DNA of 64,000 nucleotides from Eledone cirrhosa (GCA_964016885.1 OZ024742.1:201376001-201440000), one strand, 5' to 3'; shown: positions 40,588 through 55,211, numbered from the stretch's first letter. Notes: generated by a model from the letters alone, not told the origin. Numbers and translations are program-made.

Positions 40588-41296
40588 AATTTATCTTTGT
40601 CCAGTTATCAGCAACTATTAGTATTAGTATTACTATTTCTATTTCTTCTCTTATAATTCATTAGTCGATAAGCCGATACAACGGTCTAAAAGTCAATGCG
40701 AACTCGCTATCGATTGGTTTAGAACGTGAGAAAAGGCACATCAATTAAGTGCATATATCTCTCTGTAGTGGTGCACTTATAGAATATCGATTACAACTTG
40801 CATTAATTTTTTTTTTGTTTTATAGGTATTTTCCCCAATTTGCGTTTTTATTTCTTTTATTACTGTTGTTCTTTTTATGACATGTCTTTCTTTCGTTTAT
40901 TTTTTGTTAATGTTCCAAACTGAAACATATGCAAGAAATAGATATTGTAGCCATAATATTTCTAAACTGTATAAAGTGGTCGTTCTTTAGTTTGGAACAC
41001 TAGATTATTTTACTGGAATCTGACAACAACGGAAGTAGGAATGATTATCCGGGTAACAATAGTATATGTAATCTAACACAATGCGCAGCAACGAGCTGTG
41101 TATTAGAATGCCACTAAGGTTATTCAGGATTAACCGCCATTTTGACTAGGTCAGTGAAATAAATGATATTGAGACAGACAGGCAAACATATATAGAGAAG
41201 AATGTTTAATAGAATTGGAATATAGGGAGATAGATGGATAGGGATGTATACATGCATATATAAATATACATATATATATACATATATATATGTATA

Positions 41297-41374
<78 letters not shown>

Positions 41375-41787
41375 CATATATATATATGTATATATATAAA
41401 TAAAGAAAGAGAAGGGCGGAGTGGATTATCAATAGTCCTAGAGAGGAAGATAGATTGATACCGAGAGTGAAGGAGAGAAAGAGTGAAAAATAGTGAGAGA
41501 TATTCTGTTGCAGTTATTCTCTTGTATCAATACTTCAGTTTGTTAATATTTTTGTTGGTGCTGCTAAGTTCGGGCTCAAATCTTGTAAATCATATGGTCA
41601 ATTTTTACATATGGTCAAAATTATTGCAGCTGTGAAAATTCCCAAAGTCGTTCCATGAATAATATTCTGGGTGGCGTTTAATAAAATTTCATATTATAGT
41701 ATATTAATATATAGGACAAAAAAAAAAAAAGTTAGAGATTACCATGTAACTAACTTTTTCGTTGCCTTCATTTTACTGTCCATATTG

Positions 41788-41849
<62 letters not shown>

Positions 41850-41851
<2 letters not shown>

Positions 41852-44800
41852 CACCATCACCACACAACATACCCCTCCCACACACCCCTGGTGACGATTC
41901 CTCACCAGACGAGGCTACTTCTCCATCCCCAAGTGAAGATGAAGGAGAGCCTCGTAAATAAAAAAAACAAAAAAAGAGACTCCACAAAGCCACAAAAACA
42001 ACAATCACCAACACAAATATACAACCACCAACACAAATAACAACACAAACACCACGACAATCAACCCCTACCAGCAAAACAAACACCAACACCACCCCAA
42101 ACACAAATGCCCACCATAAAAAGAAAACTACAAAATTAACAACAAACCAAAACAACACAACAAAAAAACAAACAACAATACACATACGTTAACACAAACA
42201 ACAAAAACCTAATGGAGGTTATCTCCCAAGACCCCAAAGTAGAAACTGAGGGGAAAACTTTTGTAAAAGCAAACTCTCAACCACACCTAAAACTAATAAG
42301 GGTTTCGATAGAGACCTATCAGACATTGAAAGAAAAGTTTTCATAGGACGTTGGCAACCCCTGTCAAAAGCCCATTAACCGTGTCCTGTTGAAATGTTTC
42401 CCAACCCACTCAACAAATGGAGATTGAACAACCCGATCTCCAGGTAACGAAAAGGTAAGTGCACCTTTTCGTCCCTTTTGCCAACTCTTCTCCACCAACA
42501 TGGCTGACTTACGAGTTGGAAGCGTGAATGTACGTGGCCTAGGGATGCCCTGGAAACAGGGCCAACTTTTAAACGACCTTAGGTCACACAGTATGGATGT
42601 GATAGCCATCACTGAGTCCAGGATCCACAACAGGCAGCAACTAACCCCCATCTTCAATGACTTTGAAATCTACGCATCTCTCTGTCAGTCGGGAAGTGAA
42701 GGGAGAGTGGCTGTCATGGTTCGGAACAACCTGGATCTCGAAGTACAGCAAGTACACTTGGACCCGGAGGGTAGACTGGTAGTCCTAGACGTGAATAGTA
42801 TTGGAGGTGGAGCCTTCAGACTGGTGGCCGTTTATGCCCCGACCGGGCAATCACAATCGCGGCCAGACTTCTTTAAGCGTCAGGCGTCTCGCTCCTTGCT
42901 TTTAGTGGGGGACTGGAATGGTATCCTAGATGCACGATGGGACGATGTGGAAGGATGTCCCAGTAGAGCGGGGTGCAACAGCCTCAAAAATCTAATCGGC
43001 CAATTCCAACTGGCCGATAAATATCGACTAGATTTCCTAACTGCACCACAGTGGACGTGTAAATGATCGTATCAATATAAGTTTTTTATTAGAGAAAAGG
43101 ACAAGAAGATGTTAAGCTGTCCACAAATGTACATGGTTGCCTATTCAGATCACAAACTAGTCGTCTGCATAGTCAACCATGATAGAATACATAGCCAAGG
43201 ACCCGGATACAGGAAGCTGAACGTGTCGTTGCCGGCACGCAAAGCCTACAGTGAACGGATAAATAGATTAGTTAAGCAAGAGTTGACGGGAGCTATCGTC
43301 AACAATAGATGGTGGTACTCTCTCAAGAGAGCAATTAGAGCAGAATCGATAGGGTTTAGCAGAGAATTAGCTTTAGAGAAAAACAAATCAGAAACAGAAC
43401 TAGTAGCCAAAGTAGAAGAGGCGCTTAGAAATGGCAACGCGGCTAGAGTGTTAGCGCCGAGAACGGCACTGGACCAGTTCTTCGACGCGAAACACGAAGG
43501 CTGCGGAAACGAGGGAGCAAAAGCTGTTAGCTGGGCCCAAGTGGCGGAAGCGAAAAGTGGTAACAAGTCCACGATTCGGTCTTCCAAACACCAAAACGGA
43601 CGCGTGCTTCTTGACCCCAGGCAGATGTGCGCGGCCTTTCAGCGGCACTTTGCGCGACTGTTTGAGCAGAACGACGGTGCACCGAACGGGGCAATGGACT
43701 TTGGTTCATACCTCGACGGCCTGCCGCGTCTCTCGAGTATGGACGCCGAGTTCTGTGAAAGACCGATCATAGTCACTGAGATACGGGACGCTCTGGGCCG
43801 CTGCGGGAAACGCAAATCACCCGGTCTAGATGGTCTACCCTGTGAGTTTTACATAGGCATGCCGGACTTGTTCTCTGGCGTCCTCGAAGCAGTCTACTGC
43901 AATTGGCAGCAGAACGGGACAATTCCCAGTTCTGCAGGAAAGGGCGTAGTAACGCTGATCAGGAAAGACACAAGGGAGTCGAAATTAACAACTTCAGGCC
44001 CATAACTCTGTTCAACACAGAGTTAAAGATTTTGACCAAGGTGCTAGCGACGAGGTTGGCGCTTGTCGTCGAGAACCTGGTAGGGAAAGCGCAAACGTGT
44101 GCAATCCCGACCAGGTCCATACACGACAACCTCCATCTCATGCGATACATCATAGAGAGGGCGGGGGGGGGGGGGGAAACCAGGCTTCGGTGGGGTTCTA
44201 ATCAATTTAGATCAGTCGAAGGCATTCGATAGGGTCGACCATCGATACTCGGAAGCGGTTCTCAAGGCGGCCGGTTACGGTCCCGTTTTCAGAGGCTGGA
44301 TCAAGGCGATGCACACCAGCATCTGCTCGAAGGTCAAGGTGAACGACTACCTATCGGAGACGTTCGCAATCACGCGTTCCATTCGACAGGGATGCACTCT
44401 CTCCTCCATTCTGAATGTATTGACTCTAGAACCACTACTGCGGAAGTTGGAGTTTTGGCGGGCATCCCTTTAGAACCAGGACTCCGAAAAGCGGCGTCGG
44501 CTTATGCCGACGACATAGCGGTAATGGTGTCGAGCACCTCGGAAATCGAGGTAATCGGCAACCTACTACAGGAATAGGAAAGGTTCACAGGAGCAAAACT
44601 GAACCTGGAAAAGTCTGTCGGTTTGCAACTCGGAACGCGGAGAAGCAAACCGATGCCGTCAGACAGTGTCGTCGACGCTGGACGGAAGGACCGGTGAAAT
44701 TTCTCGGGGTCTGGTTCGGTCCAAACCTCCAGATGGAGAAAGACTGGAACGAGTTCATGGCCAAGGTATTTGCGCTCACCCAGAAGTGGGCAGAGTGCAA

Positions 44801-46115
44801 ACTGTCTTTGAAGGTCGAGCGGAGGTGGCGAACACATTCATAGCGTCCGTCATCTACTACCGCTTGACTGTCATGCCTTGTCCCCGTGAATACCTCACCA
44901 AGATGGAACGCATGCTCTTCCAGTTCCTGTGGAAGAAGTAGGCTCCAGTGGTGAGGAGATCCGTCTGCTGTCAACACCCTTCCAACGGAGGGCTGGGCAT
45001 GCCGTGGCTAATGATGCGCAAACATGCACTGAGGCTACGGCATCTTCAGGTATTCCTCACCGAGCAACCGGTGTGGGCACCGTTTGTGAGACAGGCCTTC
45101 CCACAAATTGTCTCGCTGACGGAGCTGCAGTCCTGGGTCAAGCCAAGACCGAAGAAGATGGGCGCCTGGCACATTGAATGCGCCCAGGCGCTCACAGTCC
45201 TCTGTCAAGCGGGCACAGCAATCAGTGGAAACTCCACTTCGACATTCTATAAAGGGTTAGTACTTTACAAGTGCGACGACGTGCTTGGGGGGGCTCTAGG
45301 CGTCGAAGACGACGAGCTCACCAGTCTGTTCGGTTACTTTCCGCCCAGGACCTATGGACAACTTCCAGAGGTCCCTGGCCTGGCAGTGCTACCGAGGAGC
45401 TCTACCCGTTCGAGATAAGATCTACAGGCACGGACGCCCCGGCAGAGATCCTTCCCAGAGGACGTTTCCAAGATGCGAGCAGGTCACTGAAACCGTTTTG
45501 CACGCAATTGTACACTGCCCGAGCGTAGCCGACCTGTAGAACTATGCAGAACAACTGCTGTCGCGTATGTGACAATTCCAATTGACGACCGAGTCCATAG
45601 TAAGGATCAAACCGCCAGCCTCTTTCAAAAACGAAAGAGAGGCGGTTTTCCTCTGTACGGTGGCTATGGCGAAAGAAGTTATATGGTGGATGAGATTGAG
45701 AGGACTGAGGACAGATGCCTTTCTCTCCGGACAACAATTGATTCCCTTCTTTAAGTATCACTTTAGAAGAAGAATCAGAGTGGAGAGAGAGGCACTGAAC
45801 CCCAGTAAATTTACTGAAAGGTGGGTCATTCACCCATCTTTCAGTAAATTGCCTGAGTGATTGTCCTTCTCTGTTTATAAGCCTCTAGGTGAAAGAAGAG
45901 AGCAAAAGAAAGAAGGGAGTACTTGCACAACACGCTCCTGGAGTTGAGAGTTGTTCTATCGACGGGGTATTAAACAACCCATTTGTGGCACCATCCCCCT
46001 GTTGGGGATTTCGATTGTTATAATTGTCTGTTTCAATATTTTTACACGACTGTATGTAAAATCCCCGGCATGTATTGTCCACTTTTCTTGTACGCCCTTA
46101 TGGCAAATAAAGAAA
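41850..46115 (+). mobile_element. Decayed Tx1/L1-clade LINE: putative ORF1 remnant, APE-RT-zinc finger ORF2 and 3' UTR
   Basis: APE: SVNVRGL, DVIAITES, AVYAP, GDWNG, SDHK. RT: KSPGLDGLP, FRPITLFN, LDQSKAFDRVDH, RQGC, AYADD. GGLGMP and W..YRGALPV..PRC..ETVLHAIVHC. Many frameshifts. AATAAA at the 3' end. Confidence 0.88.
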
Positions 46116-46141
46116 TATATATCTCTCTCTATATATATACA

Positions 46142-46171
<30 letters not shown>

Positions 46172-46179
<8 letters not shown>

Positions 46180-46298
46180 AATTGCTTTTACAGGACTAGA
46201 AATTTTTCATTCGGGAGAAATCATCATGAATCCCAGGGCTTCCTGATGATTTCTCCCGAATGAAACAGTTCTAGTCCTGTAGAAGTAATTTCTCTATT
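46172..46298. mobile_element. Palindromic mini-element made of two head-to-head hammerhead segments
   Basis: Plus arm 46237-46287: GGCTTC-CTGATGA-TTTC(TCCC)GAAT-GAAA-CAG(TTCTAGTC)CTG-TA-GAAGT. The left arm is a mutated reverse complement. Confidence 0.78.
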
Positions 46299-46357
46299 AA
46301 ATAAAATATTATATATAATGTTTCATGCAAACTATATTTTATTATATTAATATATAA

Positions 46358-46715
46358 TTGTTTCTACTTTAGGCACAAGGCCAGCAATTATCCAGTGCAT
46401 TACTGGTACTTTATTTATTATATTAATATATAATTGTTTCTACTTTAGGCACAAGGCCAGCAATAATCCAGTGCATTACTGGTACTTTATTTTATCGACC
46501 CCGTAAGGATGAAAGGCAAAGTCATATAATGTAAGTGGATTGGCAGTATCGGTAGAGGGTCGGACGCCATGCTTTCCAGCATAGTTACGTCCCTTTACGA
46601 TCTGAGTTCAAATCCCGCCGAGGTTCACTTTGCCTTTCATCCTTACGGGGTCGATAAAATAAAGTACCAGTAATGCACTGGGTATTTGCTGGCCTTGTGC
46701 CTAAAGTAGAAACAA
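46358..46715. mobile_element. SINE cluster: two partial minus copies (local duplication) and one plus copy at 46535-46715
   Basis: Same core and tail as 5046-5230. Confidence 0.85.
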
Positions 46716-48279
46716 TTATATTAATATATATTTTTATATACGAAAAATATCTCCCTCTGAACCAATTTCTGTCCTATTTAATGTTTTATAAAAATTAAAG
46801 TGGTGAGGATTGTCCGTAAAATGTAGGTATGATTCCTCTGATTTTCAAAAATATTGTATAAGGTTTCGGTGGCAAATTAGGTTGGGCAGCCACTAATATA
46901 ATGTGTTCTTTCCCTTTTGCGTAAAGTGATAGAGTGAACCCCATCGAATGGTCAGTGGGTGGTGTTAGACTGAGTGAATTATAAATTGTAACAATATTCA
47001 ACACAGGAGATTGTATGTATATTTTCTGCCAACAAAATTTTAATCAAAAAGTCGCTATGGGAGAAGACACTTGGAAAAGGTACCGTTCAGTCAATTATAA
47101 ATTGATCTCAACCATACCAGGACCCCATCTATTTGTGTTGGGGATGGACATGTGGTAATATTCGAAGAATAAAAAATAGCATAATCAACAACGACAACAA
47201 GAATAACAGAAACAAGAATAATCAAGAAACAATAACAACAGTAACAATAACCACAACATCAGCACCATCTGCAATAGTAATATTTAAATGCCAAAAAAAT
47301 CTGCTGTGGCAGTTACGCTAAATTTAATAAATTTAACTAATAAAAGAAACTATATTTGCCAAAATTATTTCTTTTAAATGAAAAACAATCATGCTACCTG
47401 CCAGAAATCTTCCAAAGATGTATCAACTCAAATTTCATTATTTCAGTTGGGTAATAAATGCAAAGTCTTATGAGACATTTACAATAATAACAGCAACAAC
47501 AACAATAATAACAATAATATTATGTATGTGCAGATGTTCGCAATTGAATCTGTCACAAGGGAAGTAACTCGAGTATGTATGTTGTAGGGGGGGTTAATTT
47601 TGAAAAATGATCCTTGTAATAGTTCATCCCGGCTTAATCCTATAGTTATCCTGAGTCCTTCCAGTTGACTACTCTCATGTTAAGGCAAATTCACATCCGC
47701 AACCTTGAAACCATCATTTTCTGAGGATTTTCCATATGAAAACCCACATCACCACCAACTCCAACAGTGCTCTCTGGTGACCAGGGTGCTCTTGTATTGT
47801 TTCATTTCGTTCTGCATTTCTTCTTCTTCAGAATACCACTCACAAAATGATCATCCTCCCTATTTTGTCAAATTACCAGTTACCGATTGTTGAAAGGATG
47901 TCACTGGCTGTTATTCTCTCCCTCATCTATTAATCACATTTACGCTATCTCTCATCTATTTTATTTCTTTCATCATTTCTTTTTCTCCATTCTCAGAATG
48001 CTATTCTGACCTATCCTCCACCCTTTACTTATCCACCGTCCACTTCCTTTACAATCATCCTCTTATAATGTGAACATCGTTAGTATTTCTATCTCTCTAT
48101 TCGAGTTTGCTAAAGCCCCCACATTTCTTTTCTTTCAGTGATATCCCAACTGCACATATGTAAACATTCTATTACATTCTATTATCCTAGAAACGATCGT
48201 AAAATGATGAATTTTTTAATATAAGGAACTGTTTCTTTCTTTTTATTCATTGTTTTTATTAATTAATATATTAATAAAT

Positions 48280-48391
48280 TAGATTACCGATATAAAAGAC
48301 ACAGAAGCGAAAAGCGAAAACCAACCAAACAGTGAGTGTGTTCTGTTATTAATTCTGGCAATATTACACAAATATGACCCTCCCCAAGTAT

Positions 48392-48397
<6 letters not shown>
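48280..48397 (+). mobile_element. Short pLTR end of the PLE A family
   Basis: TATAAAAGAC..AACCAACCAAACAGTGAGTGTGTTCTGTTATTAATTCTGGCAATATTACACAAATATGACCCTCCCCAAGTATAACAA then (TA)n. Confidence 0.88.
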
Positions 48398-48478
<81 letters not shown>

Positions 48479-48837
48479 TGGAGGGATAGAGAGAGAGGGG
48501 GAGGGGAGAGACTAGGGAAGTGTTTCTATATATTTATTGGGACTACGTTATTTAGTTACTAAATATGAGTTACAATAACAGACCAAATTCTATTGCTTGA
48601 ATGGAACGTGTCAAAGTGAGTTTAACACTGTAACCTTTGCTTATGTCTTACAAAAAAGAATCATTGCCTGAAAAATATATTGAAGAGGAATCATCTAAAG
48701 AATTTTATGATATTTTTTATTACGTTCATTTTTTTCTGTATGAGCTGTGTAAGTGTATATGTATGTATATTTGTATATATGTTTCTTTGTATGCATGCAT
48801 GTATGTATGTCTGTATGTATCTATGTATGAAGGAATG

Positions 48838-48937
<100 letters not shown>

Positions 48938-48989
48938 CGCGCGTGTGTGTATGTAAGCACACACTCACACATGCATATATATATATATA

Positions 48990-49187
48990 TAGAATAGCTT
49001 TCACCGTATTTTTGACAAAAGGAATTTTAGCCTGATAATGGGGTTTAGAACCCTCAGATAAATGGAAAAAGATGAGTAATGACGTACATGTACGTCAATA
49101 CTCATCTTTTTCCATTTATCTGAGGGTTCTAAACCCCATTATCAGGCTAAAATTCCTTTAGTAAAAAATACGGTGAAAGCTATTCTA
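48990..49187. repeat. Near-perfect spacerless palindrome of ~198 bp between (TA)n tracts
   Basis: Centre GACGTACA|TGTACGTC at 49088/49089. The right side has ~45 bp of extra tail before (TA)n. Confidence 0.92.
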
Positions 49188-49299
49188 TTTTCTAATTTCA
49201 AACCTGCTCACTGTTTCAAAACATACTTACTTGATATATATATATATATATATATATAACGCCAGTACCAACAGTTTTGCAAGAGATGTCAACATGAAT

Positions 49300-49505
49300 G
49301 AACCTGTTATTTTTATCTAAAGACATTTTTTCCAATTCCATCTCGCCCGTCCCCTCAATCTTTATTATTTCTCATTCTTTCTTCTGATGAAGGACTAGCG
49401 TCCGAAATGTTAAGACCCTCTTCCTGCTATATCAAGCGTTAACCTAATATATCCCTTCCACGTACTGTACTGATTGTGTTGTTATTTCTGTTTACCTTTT
49501 ACATA
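49300..49505 (+). mobile_element. Small hammerhead-bearing pLTR-like repeat (family J)
   Basis: 49380-49415 reads TCTT-CTGATGA-A-GGA(CTAGCG)TCC-GAAA-TG-TT-AAGA. Homologous copies at ~61455-61640 (minus) and ~57420-57555 (partial). Confidence 0.72.
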
Positions 49506-50299
49506 TATATAATTTTTTTTTTTCAACCACTGATGTGCAATAAAAATTGGTAATTCTCTTCACAATTGGATTGCGAAACAGCATTGCCAAACGCTGTCTG
49601 GGTGATTTGGTAGTTACCACAATTCCGGTTTGTATTTATTTTCTTGATTTATTCTTAAATTGAGTCTGGCAAACCCTATTGTCCATAGTTAGTATCTATT
49701 TAACTTTAGCGAATCTGGTCCCTTACGATTTGAATACATATATGTATATGTCTGTGTTTATCTCTCTTTTATATTTAATTATAATTATATATATTATATA
49801 TATATTTGTATAACATGGTATAGGGAATTAAATTCCGAATGAAAACCTTCCTTACTATTGGTCTGTAATAATGATGTCTTCACTGGAGAAGTGTGTCTGC
49901 CTCTCCTCGCTCACCTTTCTTTTTAATAGAGCTAGATCGCACAGAAAGATGTCGGTTCTCAATCCTCTAAACCACGTCGTTTACACGACTTCATTCAGCA
50001 AAGCCACCAGATGTCGATAATGCCCAAACATTGAATGTGTGCGTGTAGAAAGTTTTTGACGCTCTGTGATCATCTTGGAGAGGTCCACCTGCCTAATAAT
50101 AGCAAAATATCTTGGTAATGTGATTTTGATAATGTACCGCGACACTTGATAATGTACCGCGAAAAACAAAAGGAAAAAACCGAAAACATCCTTAAGAAAA
50201 AGAGTTATGGATTTCATAACATTACTTTGCATAGCGGTTACTTTATATTACTATTATTACAATTATAATTATTATCATTACGATTACTATTACTTTATT

Positions 50300-51200
50300 G
50301 GAGTCTCAGTCATTGGTGTTATTTAACTGGAAAATCGTTCAAATGAACATCAAGCCGCTACCTGCAGGCTCAGATATTCAGGCTGTATCGAAGTGTTCTT
50401 GCTGTGCCCAGCAAGCATGTCATTTGAAGTGTTCCAAAAAGGGAATTGGACTAATGTTCTTTAACCTTTTTTGAAAACTCTTCTAGATAGTAGCTAGTAC
50501 TTATAGGAGCAATCGGGACGACCTTGATCTCATGACAATCCCAAATCCTTTTTAATTCCCACTTTAAATCCTGGTATCGGTTAATTTTCTTCTTCTCCTT
50601 TTCTTGTGTCAAAGGGGCAGGCTACATCTACAATCAGGCATGATCTTTTTTCCTTGTCAAAAACTACCAAGTCAGGCCTATTGTGTTCTAATTTCTTGTT
50701 TGTCTGTATCCTGAAACCCCATAGCACCTTCACTCGATCGTTTTCTATCACCGGCTCTGGCTTATACTCATACCACTTCTCAGTATGTGGTAAATTATTT
50801 AGTTTGCATAAATGCCTGCAAATAACCTTTCTTATTATATCGAACCTCCTTCCTTTATAGTGAGTCGGGGCAAAGTGTTTCCAATCGGACACGATGTGAG
50901 CCACAGCTTCCCCTCTTTGTAGGATCCACAGATCCTACAAAGTTGGCTTGCCTTCACCTTGTCAATATGGTGTTCCACCTACCTCGTTTGAGGGCCTGCT
51001 GCTCTGCAGCCAGTAGCAATCCCTTTTAACCAGCTCCATGTCTGTGGATCTCAGAATTCGTTTTCTTAAAAACGATGCTATGAAGGGTTTTTCATGAAGG
51101 TTGCTCTTCCCCTTTGTTGTTACTTACTTCTTGGATATACCCTGGTCTATCGTCTCTCCTTCAGTACAACTTTGAGCATCGGCTCCCTACTCTCTGGCAC
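50300..51200 (-). pseudogene. Older decayed 3' fragment of the Dong G family
   Basis: HIVSD..WYEYKPE..NRPDLVV..VDVACPFD and a G-like 3' UTR. TTA-rich flanks. Confidence 0.85.
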
Positions 51201-51225
51201 ATATAATTATCATTAGTATTGTTCT

Positions 51226-52190
51226 TTGAGTCTCAGTCATTGATGTTAGTTAAATGGAAAGTGTGTTGAAATGAATATCAAGCCACTACCTGCAGCCTCA
51301 GATATTCAGGACGTATCGGAGCAAGCATGCCTTTTGAAGTGTTCCAAAAAGCGGGGCGGGGCCAATTTTCTTTAACCATCCCTGGAAACTTTTTGAGATA
51401 GTACCTAGTGCGCCTATGACAATCGGGACCACTTTGATTTCATGGCAGTTCCAAATCCTTTTTGCCGCCCACTTTAAGTCCTGGTAACGGTTAATTGTCT
51501 CCCTCTCCTTCTCTTCCACTCTTGTGTCGAATGGGCAGGCCACATCTACAATCAGGCACGATCTTTTTTCCTTGTCCAAAACCACCAGGTCAGGTTTATT
51601 GTGTTCCAGTTTCTTGTCCGTCTGTATCCCAAAATCCCACAGCACCTTCACCTGATCGTTTTCTATCACCGACTCTGGCTTATGCTCATACCACTTCTCA
51701 GAATGTGGTATATTGTTTACTTTGTATAGGTGCCAGTGGATCACCCTGCCCATCACATCATGTCTCCAGCCTTTATAGTGAGTCTGGGCTAGGTGTTTAC
51801 ACTCGGATACAAAGTGAGCCACAGTCTCCTCTCTCTCTACACAGATCCTGCACAGAGGTCTAGCCTCCTCCTTGTAAATATGGTGTTTCAGTCACTTCGT
51901 TTTGAGGGCTTGCTCTTGCGCAGCCATTAGCATTCCTTCTGTAGCCTTTTAAGGTTTCCTCTTCTCAACCAGTTCCATGTCTGTGGATCTCTGAATTCCG
52001 TTTTCTCAAAGAAGGTACTATGAAGGGATTTTTCATGAAGGTTGCACTTTCTCCTTGTTGTTATTTCCTCCTTGGACATCCCCTGGCCTGTTGTCCCCTC
52101 CTTCAGTACAGTTCTAAGCTTTGGCTCCTTACTATCGGTTACGTATTTGTGTAGGTTGTTTTTCTCCATCTGAACACAGTCCTCTATGCT
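51226..52190 (-). pseudogene. 5'-truncated 3' fragment of the Dong G family
   Basis: Colinear with 25061-26046. The 5' junction runs into (TAA)n. Confidence 0.9.
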
Positions 52191-52709
52191 TATTATTATT
52201 GTTATTATTGTTATCGTCATCATCTTGATCCTCATCATCATTAACGCCATCTTTCATTATGTTTCTGAAATGAGTCACGTTAGCCTGAATGTAATAGAAT
52301 GTTTGAGAAAGGGTCTGTTGTTATTCATACGTTAATGATGATAATGATGATAATGATGATACTGATGATAATGGTTATAATGCAGACACAATATATATTC
52401 TCAACGAATCAATAAGCGTTTCTTTCCGTCTCTCGGTGGCGTCCGTTTCCACTCTTCATTAAATCATAATAATAATTTTTTTTGTGTCTTCATTTTTGTT
52501 TGTTTGTTTTTGTCGTTGATCTTCTGTGTGAGAAGAGGACGAAAAAGATTTATTAAAAATTCCGCCATTTTGTATCATTATTGATGTCAATTGACGCGAA
52601 AGAATAACTGGCTGGTGTAAAGTGTCAACATACCACAATCACATACACACACTCACATATTTATGCATAGATGTATATATATTTATAAATATATGCATAA
52701 ACATAATTA

Positions 52710-52763
<54 letters not shown>

Positions 52764-52783
52764 TATATATATATACACACACA

Positions 52784-52824
<41 letters not shown>

Positions 52825-52826
52825 AC

Positions 52827-52859
<33 letters not shown>

Positions 52860-52997
52860 TATATATATATACACTGACTGACACAACATATATGTATAAT
52901 ATATAATTCCTCATGTAACGATATATATATTTCTATATGGTATATAATATACATACATATATTTATCTATTTATAGGTATATACACTAAATATGTAC

Positions 52998-53039
<42 letters not shown>

Positions 53040-53669
53040 CTCTTATCGTTATGTGTATTATATATCGCATGCGCTCTTATAATATAAGTTATATTCAACA
53101 CGTATAATACCATTTAAATAATGTTATTCATCATATACCACATGTACCATCTTCATATATCACATATATATCATATATATTATATTGATACATATTGTCA
53201 TACTTTGCATATATAATTTCTAAGGTAACTAAATTATATATATATTTAACGTACATTCAATAATACGTACTACATAAATATATATATACATACGAGTGCA
53301 CGCACGTGCACGCACTCACCCATACACACATACACACACACACATACACATATATATATGTGTATGTGTGTGTAACGTTTGAGTATGAAAGGTAGGCAAT
53401 GCCTCTCAAGACAAAATTATTTAATACAAGCATAAATGACTTTGAGCAAAATTATGATTATCTTTAGCGATTTCATGAAAAACATTAATACATATCTACC
53501 TATTCTAATTATTTACTTGGTTTTACTCAAAGTGTGAAACAAATTTATATAATAACCAAAATTACCTCCCATATGACCAGCAACACTAGTTTAATATATC
53601 AATCAGTAAATGGTGACTATTTTGATTCACTTCTTTTCAGACTTCATATATTTAATAATTGTTTCTACT

Positions 53670-53835
53670 TTTGGCACAAGGCCAGCAATTATCACAGTGT
53701 ATTACTGGTACTTTATTTTATTGAGACCGTAATGATGAAAGGCAAAGTTAACCTCACCGGGATGTGAAATAAGATCGCAAAGGATGTAACTCTATGCTTG
53801 AAAGCATTGCGTCCGACCCTCTACTGATACTGTAA
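53670..53835 (-). mobile_element. tRNA-derived SINE
   Basis: Reverse complement of the SINE core and tail. Confidence 0.82.
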
Positions 53836-54868
53836 AATGCATAACGGTACTAATCTCACGGGTTAAGGATATTCCAACTGTGGCAATACTTATAAGAGTA
53901 TTTAGCATTTACATTACTCTATATTTACTATTATTTTCACAGTAAAGGCTTTACCATACATAATTATCTCAGATAATATCGAATCTATGAGATTCTAATA
54001 TTATTTATTTTGAAAACCATACTATAACATCAGTAGAAGCGGTCGGATATAGCCAGTTTTAACAGAAAGAGGTAATAGATTTCTGGCCGGATATGGCCGG
54101 GTTAAATGATAAAGAGTAAAATTATCGACTGTTGTTATTGTTATTTAGAGCTTTATATGGTCAGTGAATTTCCACTGATTGTGGACAGCGATATTCCAAC
54201 CGTTACCATCACGCCTTTCTCTCGGATATTGCTTACAAATGGCTATGTTTTTCATTGAGTCCTTCCCATTTTAAAGACATATTTCTCACATTAGCACAAG
54301 CCCTAACGACGGGATATTGTGGTGAAATGGAATGTTCTTGAAGATGAGGGAGTTTGCAAGTCAGTACTAATGTCTTACTGGTACATACTTCATATACGCC
54401 CAGAAAGAACAGATGGAACGTCAACCTCTGTGTGGTCGTTATATTTCCTAGAAATAATAGCGGAATATTACCCTCAAAAGCCACTCTTGAAGCAAAAGGC
54501 ACAGGTAATCAAATAACTGACACGGAGCTAAACGCACCAACAAATCTGATCAATCACACACCAGACCAAATCAGATGAAAACGAAAAATAATCCTCTAGA
54601 ATAGTAACCATGTATCTAAATGTAATTAATTTTGAAAGTATGTTAACTAATTTTACGCTGCTCTAACACAGGTTTGACAAATAAAAAAATGGGCATATAA
54701 TTTTCTATAGATGAGAAACAGGCAATTGTGTCCAATATTTCCAGTCTTTAAGAGATTATGTGACCAACTTGTTCGACTATTTAATAGCAAAACCGGCTTG
54801 TAGCACCTTACACTAAGCTAACATACTTTAAAATTCAACTTTGTTTAAGGTTTCATAAAACGACTGTT

Positions 54869-55211
54869 TAACCACAGTAAGTAAGGTACTCAAAACATAG
54901 TTTGAATTTTCCTGATGATTTTCTTTGAATGAAACAGTTCTAGTCCTGTAGAAGCCATTGCCATGTCTCTCTCTCTCCCTCCCTCCCTCTCTCCATCTCT
55001 CCCTCTCTCTCTATATATATATATATGTATATGTAATATATATATATATATATATACATATATAATATATATAGAGAGAGCTAGGGAGAGAGGGAGCGAG
55101 GGAGAGAGAGAGAAATGGCAATGGCTTCTACAGGACTAGAACTGTTTCATTCAAAGAAAATCATCAGGAAAATTCATACTATGTTTTGAGTACCTTACTT
55201 ACTGTGGTTAA
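54869..55211. repeat. Inverted repeat with a hammerhead motif in each arm, facing each other across a (CT)/(TA)/(AG) spacer
   Basis: 54908-54954 reads TTTC-CTGATGA..GAAT-GAAA-CAG..CTG-TA-GAAG. Its reverse complement lies at ~55124-55171. Confidence 0.85.
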
